NCBI RefSeq assembly: GCF_006345805.1
Contig: NC_043015.1
Coordinates: forward strand, 44,454,001 to 44,518,000
Direction: 5' to 3'
DNA from: Octopus sinensis
Taxonomy: Eukaryota
DNA: 64,000 nt
A program made the translations under genes and the position numbers. Positions 53,331-64,000 of the stretch are shown here, piece by piece. The number at the start of each line of letters is the position of its first letter. The first letter of the stretch is position 1. Under the pieces are notes generated by a model. It was given only the letters and a program-made list of their open reading frames with translations. It did not search any database and had not been told where the DNA came from.

Positions 53331-53525
53331 TATTTCTTTACTACCCACAAGGGGCTAAACACAGAGGGGACAAACAAGGACAGACAAACGGATTACATCG
53401 ACCCCAGTGCGAAAGGATGAAAGGCAAAGTCGACCGGGGCGGAATTTGAACCCAGAACGTAACGGTAGACGAAATACGGCTACGCAATTCGCCCGGAGTG
53501 CTAACGTTTCTGCCAGCTCGCCGCC
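53331..53525 (-). mobile_element. SINE family A with internal deletion
   Basis: Full head and tail, with a deletion between the internal CGACCCC repeats. GTTAAGTACATATA flanks both sides (53317-53330 and 53535-53548), a probable TSD. Confidence 0.88.
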
Positions 53526-54397
53526 TTTCAGTAAGTTAAGTACATATATTTTCACTTGTTTGTTTTTCAATGATAGAAAATACTTAGCGTACTAAAGGAT
53601 TATATACGTGATTGTACTACTATTGATTTTGGGATTACAAAATACCACATGGTTAAAATTGTTACTATATATTTTATAACTTTACAGTACTGTATTATAA
53701 TCTCCTATAACAAGAATATTTTCTATAAAGGAATTTATTAAAATAAATACAGGCAAATATAACTCATTTCACGAAAGCTTCATCACAATGCTTACCATCA
53801 ACGTCGTATTATAAATAACTAAGCATACCAATGACCAAAATCCGTCGGAAATAGTATGAATAGTAAGCTAAAATAATAAAGATGATATTAGCATTTAGTT
53901 TCATGCAAGAATATAGAAAATTCTTGCAATGTAGATTAATAATATTCATCCTGAAACAGACAAGGTATTTCTTTGTTCAAAATACATATTTTGATCTGAG
54001 TGTAGAGAATTATACTAAAAAGAATCTAGGTAAAAGGTAATCTATCTAAACCGAAAATACACCGAATACTATGTTCTAAATTTAGAGGTGCATGTGCTGC
54101 ATAAAAAATAAGAACTTTAATCAATTAATCTGCGAAGATCGATCGGGTATAAGTAGAATGTATTAATGAGTATATTCTAGTAAATCTCATTCTCTGTCCA
54201 ATACAATATAATTTAGTAATTTTACATCGTACCGAAGATCAATTTTATATAATTGAAATACCGACATTTCAATATAATTCACACGTAATATCTAACAGCT
54301 GTTCTGTCATACACCCCACCACATACATAATACATACATTCACTAATATATATATATAATATATATATATATACACATATATTTATATATATGTATA

Positions 54398-54465
<68 letters not shown>

Positions 54466-55491
54466 TATATATGTAATATGTAGTTATGATGTACCGTACG
54501 TGTATGTGTTTATGCGTACGTACAGAAAAGAATGGTTATGTCTGTAATTACATTCCCTAAATACATCATTGACATCTAAAATTTTGTGCAATCTGGTATT
54601 TCAAAAATCATAGACATATTTTGATATAGATATTGATTATTGATTGTTTCATAAATCTATTTTTCAGTTTGATTCCCATTTGATGAATAGTAACGTATTT
54701 GCTTTTTATTCCCTGTTTAATTTCTATAAATACTAGCAGAGATTCTATTATTACCGCAATATATCTTGGGATAATGGTATCAATAGAGTTATAAATATTG
54801 ATTTCAAAAGCGATCCTCATAAACAAGGCTTTAGCGACCATTTAATTTTATATAAAACGATAACAATTATTTATTTATTGAAAGGAAATGAAAAGAAAAG
54901 CTCTCATAATTCATAATTGGACATCTACCAAAACCATGTCACAATATTTTAATATATGCAGAGTAAATAAGTCTGGAAATAGTCAATCTTCTCATCTTCG
55001 GAATGGTTTGTATACAATTGCTGTAACATACTTTTAAGTAAATATGTTAACTTAGAAAATATTGCGTATTTATTTCGTTTAACTTAAAGATGCTGCAACA
55101 TCTCCTCACTACCGACATTGTTTCTGTCATGAAAAAATACGACACCCTAATACAGAAAAAGAAAAGAATTTACCGAAGATGCTTGTTTTTTCAATGTATT
55201 TGGACAAAAGCAGAGGATAAGCAAGTACGTAATTTTTGTCGATACAGTAGGTCCCGAGCCGCCAGCTTGCGTATTCCCTCCTAGGTTTTCAGTTGGTCGA
55301 GCAACTTACAATGTTTAATAAAATGAAGTAGCATGAAACAATTGTACTACTCTACCTTGGATATACTTGTTGCTTATTTTGATTTTATATATATATATAT
55401 ATATATCCATATATATACATATTTACTACACGTTTATATGGATATATATATATATACACTCATATATACATGTGAGTGTGTGCACGTGTAT

Positions 55492-55542
<51 letters not shown>

Positions 55543-56575
55543 ATATAAACGTGTATGTATATAATTAATATATATATATATTATATATATATAATATAGA
55601 GAGAGAGAGAGAGAGAGAGAGTAAATAGAGCATCACATTAATTAGTTATCCGCTATAGCTATATTTTATGCATTATTTTATTATACCGAATCTCATCATT
55701 TTTGCCTCATATTTCATTTCTCAAAAAAAAAAAAGAATGTTTTGCTGGTGTGCAATGACTTTTGCCAAATTTTCAGAATAAAACCGACGACACGTAAAAC
55801 TATATTATGACGTGCGAAATAACTTTCCTGCTGCCCCCAATGGTATTTCTTCATATATAATATACGTGTATATGACAGTTAATATGCAGGACACAGCATG
55901 GGGAGCGCTGACAATTGAATAACATTTATCTCATCGATTTAGTTCTTTCTAAAGTCTCTATAATTTGTACACATGAATTCCAGACAAGCCAGCAGTTTAA
56001 TACATCGCACTGGAACGTAAACACTACAACAATCGTATTGGCTTATGCTCCAGTTGACTCTGGAGTTCTTGATACAGTTTTAAGTTTGGTAATTTTTCCT
56101 GTACGTCAGCAAAATGTTCCAGCATCATATATCATTGATACATGAACATGTCACTTGACTTTTTGAGAATATTATTTACTTTTCTAGTTTTTACTTATAG
56201 TTTTGCAATACACTGTTGCAAGAGAAAACATGATATAATTATAACTTTGATAATGTTTGTAAATTGGCTATTACAAATTTATATGGAATATATTTTTCTG
56301 ACACAGGTGCAGACTTGGTTGTGCAATAGAGTTATTGATCTGGAAAGCTTGGTTTTTATATGATAGATTTTGATGCTTCGAGACAGTGTCTTAGCCAAGT
56401 GTTTTATACCATAAACTTGTCTTGTCCATTTATTTGAGTGATATATGGTTTACAGAAAATGTAGAAGGCAGTTAAGCATACATGCAATCAAACATATATA
56501 CATAAATACATACATACCTTTATTCACACATACATAGATTCATACGTACATACACACACACACACACGCACACAC

Positions 56576-56960
56576 ACTCCTTATGCAAAAATTGACCACC
56601 TCCTGTACCTACACCTTAGAACTATCATAGCAGGTGATGTGTCTTTTTCAACCAGACAATATTTTGAAAAGACACCCATATAGATTGCATATCCGATTTT
56701 GACCAGCAAGAGCCGCGGTTAAGTTCTGATCTTTGTGGGTCTTAAAATGTCTTTTGAGGCCTCTGCTAGATTTTCAAACGTACTGGCATACATCGCATTG
56801 AAAGGTGTGCACAGATATACAGGCAAAATAGTTATTGGAGGTTCGTTTTCCATGGGTTCGCAAATGAGATTTGAGCCCAACAACAAACAAAAAGTCATGA
56901 TCTGTCAGAAATTGTGCACACAACAAGGTCAAATATGTACAAGAAAGAACGTACACAAAA
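56576..56960 (-). mobile_element. Decayed triple C2H2-like zinc-finger tail, probably an RTE-clade LINE C-terminus
   Basis: One frame reads ..GLKSHLRTH..FQCDVCQYV*KSSRGLKRHFKTH..RICNLYGCLFKILSG*KRHIT, then a short UTR into (GT)n. There are no TGEKP linkers. Confidence 0.65.
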
Positions 56961-57393
56961 ATAATTTTATTTTACGTTTTGTATTACATATATATGTTTT
57001 TCTCCTACAATTTTTCCATCATTAGGTAAGACAAATTGCTCAATTACGTGATACGATGGATTAACTTCACCAATACACAGGTATTTTATATGAAACTTCA
57101 AAGCATCCCTTAGATTTTCCTGTAATTATTATTACAATAATTTAGCTCGAATTCAGGAAACTGTCCTATCAAGAGGGAAGATGGTTACCATCAAATCGAG
57201 TAAGTGGAGTAGAGTGTAAAATTATATCTAGCAGAACGCAAACATTTTGGTTACGTGTCACGCCGTCGAGCGCTCTTTGTAGTACATAATTAGTCAGCAG
57301 GTGGAAAATGTGGTTAATTCCTAGTAGTTCTTTTGTGATGAAGCTACTATTTTTTCTCATTTTGCCAGTATGTATGTATATCTATCTATCTAT

Positions 57394-57428
<35 letters not shown>

Positions 57429-57431
<3 letters not shown>

Positions 57432-57864
57432 TCTTTTACTCTTTTACTTGTTTCAGTCATTTGTCTGCGGCCAAGCTGGAGCAACCGCCTTTAGTCGAGC
57501 AAATCGACCCCGGGACTTATTCTGTGTAAGCCCAGTACTTATTCTATCGGTCTCTTTTGCCGAATCGCTAGGTGACGGGGACGTAAACACACCAGCATCG
57601 GTTGTCAAGCATCGGTTGACAAACATAGACACACAAACACACGCATAATATATATATATATATATAATTAATATATATATATATATATACACATATATAC
57701 GACAGGCTTCTTTCAGTTTCCGTCTACCAAATCCACTCACAAGGCATTGGTCGGCCCGGGGCTATAGCAGAAGACACTTGCCCAAGATGCCACGCAGTGG
57801 GACTGAACCCGGAACCATGTGGCTGGTTAGCAAGCTACTTACCACACAGCCACTCCTGCGCCTA

Positions 57865-57865
<1 letters not shown>
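57429..57865 (-). mobile_element. SINE family B, full length
   Basis: Head ATAGGCGCAGGAGTGGCTGTGTGGTAAG..GGGTTCAGTCCC; tail (TAAAAGAG)n. Confidence 0.92.
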
Positions 57866-57922
<57 letters not shown>

Positions 57923-58175
57923 CTAATGAAGGGATTATATGTAAAATGTAAATATCACTCTGTAAAAACCAGTTTCACGGAAGTCATTCTATGGATTTAT
58001 AATATAGAATGTGATTAACCATACCTCTGGACCCTGCCAAAAGATTACATGCAATCCTTCACTAATCTAAGCAATATTGTTAGTCTGGTGTGCCGACAGA
58101 GACCTTATGAAGTATTTTGTTCGGATTGATAATCTCTCCCTATTTGTTTTATATACATACATACATACATACACA

Positions 58176-58252
<77 letters not shown>

Positions 58253-58256
<4 letters not shown>

Positions 58257-58745
58257 ACTCAAGAGATTGAGACTCTATTCCTAGAGCGTAGGCGAGAAAG
58301 ATATGCCATAATATGCATCTGGAAGATCCTAGAAGGACTTGTCCCAAACTTTGGCATCGAGAGTTACACAAATGCCAGAACTGGGCGTCACTGCATAGTG
58401 CCAAGGACTCCAAATTGCCATCAAGATGTAGGACAAGATACTGTGATAGCCTGGGCTTCCGAGGCCCACAGCTCTTCAATATCTTCCCGAAGAACCTAAG
58501 AGACCTGCACGGGGTGGATGCAGATGTCTTTAAAATAAAACTGGATCTCTTCTTGTCAGGTGTCCCGGATGAACCAACTTCACGGCAGGAGGTGCAGATG
58601 AGGGCAGCTGCATTGAACTCTCTCATGCACCAAATGGCAATTGCTAAAAAGCATTCGTGTAGTAAAATCATGTAGCAACACCAAATGGCGGTGCCAAGCA
58701 TGGCCACAGCTTGTGAGCTGAAACTAGATAAAAATAAGAATAAAA
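58253..58745 (+). mobile_element. L2/CR1-like LINE 3' end (second subfamily)
   Basis: LYSLERRRERYAIICIWKILEGLVPNFGI..GPQLFNIFPKNLRDL..FKIKLDLFLSGVPDEP..NSLMHQ, followed by a 3' UTR with a stem-loop. Confidence 0.88.
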
Positions 58746-60113
58746 TTAAATTAAATACATGCGTATATATGTGCACAGTCCATCACCTACAGTGCAAATG
58801 ACATTGAATGCGTAAACAAACGAATGAAATAAGTAAAAAACGAAAGAATGGAAAATAGGACAAGTAAACAAAGAGAAAGGATCCTTCATCAGTTGTCGTC
58901 TGTCTGTCTACTGCTTACTTCGAGCAATCAAGGATAATATGAGTCTTCAAAGACAGTTGCTCCCATAAATTCTAAATTAAATTTAGTATTTACGGAGGGT
59001 TACATTTGGGAGCAAAAACACTACAAAGGAGACATTCGAGGAAACCGAATGAAAGCAAACATGAAGGATCGTTAGACCAGAAAGAGAGGAATATATTGAA
59101 CGTTGGAAGATATATTTTTTTTTGAAAAAAGAAAAGATAGAAGAGAGAGTAAAAATAACACGTCCATTCTTTTGAATGTCCGTGCAGGGAAATAAAGATG
59201 GTCACATGAGGAAAAGAAATATGGACGATGGTCACGTGTGAGCAACGAGACAGTGCATGAGAGGAAAAAAGAAAGAGGAGAGAGACAGGAAAAGAGAAAG
59301 AGGTGAGAGAGAGAGAGGCAGATAGAAAACAGTGAAGGAGGGAGGGGAGAAAAATGGAATTAGAGGATGGAGGAAGAAAACAGTGTAGATATATATATAT
59401 ATATATATATTATATATCTATATATTATATATATATATATAATATATATATTATATATATATATATATATATGTGTATCTATAAAGAAGCATTGTTTATG
59501 GAACAAACATTAAATGGATTTACATACACACCACCCCTCAAACGTTTAAGCATATATAAAAGTCACCTTGGTTCCCAGACACAAAAAATAATACATATAC
59601 ATAAAATCACAGGAAGTAAAAATATATAATCGAATAAAATACAAATAGAACGGCCTATCACAAAGTTAAATATAAACGGCTAAAAAATCCAACATCTACC
59701 AAAAAATCTAATAGACAAATATAAAATAAGTAAAGTTAAAAATAAAATGAAATAAAATAATTATCCACCGACTCAAAAAGTTTTATCACACGATTAAAAT
59801 ATTACAAACACTTTTTTAAAATAATTTTTTAAAACATATTTGAAAAAAATATTTGAAAAAAATATTTGAAAAAGGTCTTTTACTTCCCTCATACAAGTAC
59901 GTCCAAAGTTCATAAGTAAACAGACTTCTACAGGTCAAATTCCCATATATCTTGAATAAAGTATTTTATTCCCTCCACACAAGTAGGCCTAAAGATTCAG
60001 AATGAATAGACGTCACGGGTCAAATTCAACATGCACGTATATATCTATGGCCATTTCGGGAGCTCTCACCGCAGTTCCTTTACATTAAAGTGCAACACGG
60101 CGATGAAACCCGT

Positions 60114-60182
60114 CGGAAACAGGAGACACGCACAAATCAAAACGTCCTTAAAAAATTGATCCGTGCGTGTCTCCTGTTTCCG
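60114..60182. repeat. Perfect 20-bp inverted repeat hairpin
   Basis: CGGAAACAGGAGACACGCAC (60114-60133) pairs with GTGCGTGTCTCCTGTTTCCG (60163-60182); the 29-nt spacer contains an extra ATCAA/TTGAT pairing. Confidence 0.85.
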
Positions 60183-60313
60183 TTTATCCTGATGATGTTT
60201 GTTCTGTAACCAATGCTTTTTTATCTTCGTCTCATTTATATTTGAGCACGTCTTTTGCAGTCCTATAAACCCTTTATTTTTCTATTAGAAGAGACAAATA
60301 CTATTCCTTGTTT

Positions 60314-60398
<85 letters not shown>

Positions 60399-60411
60399 TT
60401 ATCTATCTCTA

Positions 60412-60471
<60 letters not shown>

Positions 60472-60680
60472 ATGTGACCTCGTGTGTACCGTTGGTGATT
60501 TTTTTTCCTCTGTCTTCCTTCTCTGGATCTTTCCTTCTCCTATGTTTCCGACGAAGAACTCCGCTCGAAACGTTAAACCCTCCTTCTTTCCTTCTGTCCT
60601 AAGCGTCCAATAATACTATATTTGTTCCACGTCCTCGCGTTGTTGTGTTTTTTTTGTGATTTCTTGTTTGGATTAACTAT
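60472..60680 (+). mobile_element. Short PLE terminal-repeat-like element with mutated minimal hammerhead (60544-60578)
   Basis: GTTT-CCGACGA-A-GAAC tcc GCTC-GAAA-CG-T-T-AAAC; related to the 2075-2290 element. Confidence 0.6.
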
Positions 60681-60689
60681 ATATATATA

Positions 60690-60742
60690 TAGCTTCCTGA
60701 TGATTTCTCTTGAATGAAACAGTTCTAGTCCTGTAGAAGCTA
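60690..60742 (+). ncRNA. Type I hammerhead ribozyme (intact, unrelated to the 474-bp family)
   Basis: Stem I TAGCTTC/GAAGCTA (7/7), CTGATGA 60697-60703, stem II T-TTC[TCTT]GAA-T, GAAA 60716-60719, stem III CAG[TTCTAGTC]CTG, GUA triplet with predicted cut after A60735. Confidence 0.8.
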
Positions 60743-60785
60743 ATTCTATAAAATAAAAAAACAAATATATATATATATATATTAT

Positions 60786-60885
60786 NNNNNNNNNNNNNNN
60801 NNNNNNNNNNNNNNNNNNNNNNNNNNNNNNNNNNNNNNNNNNNNNNNNNNNNNNNNNNNNNNNNNNNNNNNNNNNNNNNNNNNNN
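60786..60885. other. Assembly gap (100 N)
   Basis: Read directly; the round number suggests an unknown true size. Confidence 1.
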
Positions 60886-61249
60886 TGTCAACACCGGCAA
60901 AAGGAGACATACATATCTCACAGTCGTAGTAGTAATAGAAAAAGAAAAAGAAAGTGTTAAAAGGCACTGTGTCAGTGAGTCGAGTGTGTGAGAGAATGAT
61001 TCTGTTGCAATATGTCCTTTTACGTGATTATCTAAATAGTGCGATATTAATGTAAAATTCATTTCAATTTTGAAGAAATAACTGAGGCACATCCAGGCAG
61101 AGACACAGGCACAGACACATACACACACACACACATACACACACACACACACACTTACACACACACATACACACACATGCGCGCAAACATGAATACGCGT
61201 CCACTATCTCCCATGAGCACGGGAACTTAATTCATAAATGCATTCATTA

Positions 61250-61480
61250 ATTAGCAAATACACACACATGCAAATACACACACATGCAATTACACACACA
61301 CACACGCAAATACACACACATGCAAATACACACACATGCAATTACACACACACACACGCAAATACACACACACACTCGCATACACACACGCAATATATAC
61401 ACACACACGCAAATACACACAACACACACAAATACACACTCACAGAAATACACACACATACATACGCAAATACACACACA
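61250..61480. repeat. CA-derived minisatellite (about CAAATACACACACATG)
   Basis: Read directly; 14-18-bp variant units. Confidence 0.85.
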
Positions 61481-62339
61481 TATATCGTTGCTATTATGTT
61501 AAACTGTCGTAACTCTAAATTTGGCGAAATGCATATTTCTCAATATGTATGTTTGCTTGCAATAGCCGATTCTTTTGGTCAAACTATCGTATCTCCAGCT
61601 GCCACGATATCAGAAATTGCTATAGAATAGTGAAATTATTTTTTCGTTTTCTGAAATTGCAACATTTTGGACTTACGACACTTTTGCATTATACCACGAT
61701 ATACTTGCATACACTGGAGTATATAAGAAGAAATATGTTATCGAAAGTATTAAAGATATACACTTATGTTTCACAATAAGTAGGTTTCTACATATTCCTA
61801 TACTTCTTTAATTCTTTTATGCTACATTCTATTTATTGTTTTCTCGCCAAGTATCTCTATTGAATATCATATTAGTGACCCTCTTGAACAGAAAAGCATT
61901 AGACTACCGTTGACCTCCTTCAAAATGAAGTGTATGGGGTTAAGAAGTTTGCGAAGTTAGAGATATTTTTCATTTTATTATAGAACACAATATATCTTCA
62001 TTTGAAGTAAGTTTTCAAATCAGTCAATATAGGAATCGAATATTATTCAGGTAAAGCTAATATTTTTTTCTTGCTGCATTTGCTGCTGTTGTTGCTGATG
62101 GTGCCAATTTTGGTCGTGGCGGTGTTTTTGTTTTCATGCTGTTTTCCATAATATGCTGTCGTAAGTAAACTAGACTTTATTTTAAAGATATACATATTGA
62201 TGATTGAAAAGAAGGAATCTCCATTTCCTTGTGTAAACACTTTTCTTTTCTTGTTTGTCCTCCTGTGCACATGTATGAGTGTTCAACACATCTAGATATG
62301 TGTGGGTTTGTATGTAAATATATATATATATATGTATAT

Positions 62340-62456
62340 AATTATTATTTGAAGGAATAAAATCCAAACTTAACAAGGAAAAAAATTCAATTTTAGAAAT
62401 ACTAAGTCAAATTTCACACAATAAAATATATATAATATATATATATATATATTATA

Positions 62457-62514
<58 letters not shown>

Positions 62515-62604
62515 ATATATATTATATTGTGTGGAATTTGACTTAGTATTCTAAAATTGAATTTTTTTCTTGTAAATTTGGATTTTATCCTTCAAATAAT
62601 AATT
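62340..62604. repeat. ~85-bp inverted repeat around a (TA)n spacer
   Basis: 62340-62427 pairs with 62521-62604 (AATTATTATTTGAAGG..CTAAGTCAAATT.CACACAATA), with a few indels. Confidence 0.85.
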
Positions 62605-62683
62605 TTGTAGATGGTGTAATGATTGTCAATTTTGATTGATAAAAGGTGTTTTTTTTTCTAATTTTACGTATATATATATATGT

Positions 62684-62733
<50 letters not shown>

Positions 62734-63890
62734 TATGTGTGATATGTGCGTGCAATTAAATGTCATATATAGTGCAATCATATGGTGTTGTGCATGTTGT
62801 GTGTAACCAGCGTAGTATTGCTGAAGGTAAGACTCAATCTTTCAACTAATAACTCAGAGAATATATCTCTGGCAAAATAATATTTAACGAAATATCCAGT
62901 CATCCTTTTTACGTATGGATTGACATAACACCTTTAGGAAAGTACTTTCGCAATTGTTTTTCTACTTTCGTAATTGTTTTCTGCCTTTGTTCCAAATGCA
63001 CTTTATCCTCACCCTATATTAGAGGTTATAGCATTGTAAAACCAAAGTTTTTCGCTGATATGCATTTTAGAATTTGCTTGTGATTTTAGAATATAAACGA
63101 GATAAAGTGTATTGAGTTTCAATGTAATTGCTCTCACACAGCAATTCATAAGGTTACAAACATATATGTATATGAGTATTTATCTATCCATTTATCACTC
63201 CTTCTTTCTCTCTCTGTCGCTCACTGCCTCTGTCTCTTTCTAAATATTAGTCTGTGAGCATCACGCGCAATTTAAAACACAAGCCCCCCACTAAATACTT
63301 TGTATGTAATCACAGTGTCCGCTCGATAAATTGAGCCATTGCTTAGCTGTTAAGTTATGTTTTGCCGAGCGATACACGCATCCTATTATGACTAAACTAA
63401 TCTTTTACTAAATCAAAATAAATTTGTTATATTACAACTCCGCTCTGTATGTAACGCGATCATATAAATCAAGGTTTCTGAACTGATACTTACTCTCACT
63501 CAACCACTTCTGGTCTATTGGTAATAAATTCAGAATAAACGGATATTTGATTTTCTTTCTATTTATTCTTCAATATGTGAAACAGGAAAGAAAATTAAAA
63601 GGAGATGTCACTTATAAAACCTTAGCTTGTATATTATAAATTCCAAACAGTTATTTATGATTTGATAAATTTCCCGCATGAAACTTCCTAAACGAATTAG
63701 TGAGTAGAGACAATTATCTATTACTTCTTATATCCATGCATAAAATACTCCAGGAAAGTTGATTTAAGTGATATTTCCAAGTATGTTTGAAATTTTGAAT
63801 TCCTCTGCGTTAACGACAACTCGATGTTAAACAGATATTACATTATAAAGTGTGTTTCTAAACGTGACTGAAAATTATGGGGTAAACATA

Positions 63891-64000
63891 ACTCTCTTTT
63901 ACTCTTTTACTTGTTTCAGTCATTTGACTGTGGCCATGCTGAAGCACCGCCTTTAGTCAAGGAAATCGGCCTCCAGGACTTATTCTTTTGCCGAAACGCT
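63891..64000 (-). mobile_element. SINE family B 3' part (cut by the window edge)
   Basis: ACTCTTTTACTTGTTTCAGTCATTTGACTGTGGCCATGCTG. Confidence 0.85.

Noticed and set aside
55990-56070. NTTTIVLAYAP resembling a LINE APE endonuclease motif
   Set aside because: A single short motif with no supporting neighbours.
56735-57025. 96-aa plus-strand ORF
   Set aside because: It is antisense to the zinc-finger relic and has no recognisable homology.
58885-58891. CTGATGA on the minus strand (also 7314 minus, 12922, 60190, 41636 minus)
   Set aside because: No properly placed GAAA and stems.

Overview
This is AT-rich, microsatellite-saturated eukaryotic DNA. I infer a cephalopod (octopus-like) genome from the SINE repertoire and the (TA)/(CA)/(ATCT) load. 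I found no credible host protein-coding exon; most ORFs in the track are translated microsatellites. The window is a patchwork of transposon relics: L2/CR1-like LINEs (4790-5952, 35332-37838, 58253-58745), RTE fragments, an R4/Dong-like 3' end, Penelope-like (PLE) RT and terminal pieces, three tRNA-derived SINE families, a mariner transposase scrap, a Tc1/mariner MITE, a non-autonomous Helitron, local duplications and a 100-N gap. The standout is 20121-22980, a ~474-bp tandem/inverted repeat in which every monomer carries a type I hammerhead ribozyme (HHR) motif. The motif has stem I, CUGAUGA, a GNRA-capped stem II, GAAA, a palindromic stem III and an AUA cleavage triplet. This is a candidate non-LTR retrozyme array that could release ~474-nt linear or circular RNAs. 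Its non-integer copy number and head-to-head inversion suggest reverse transcription of a circular RNA. An unrelated, fully paired type I HHR lies at 60690-60742, and several minimal or decayed PLE-type HHR motifs are scattered through the window. All structures were paired by eye; no folding or database searches were run.
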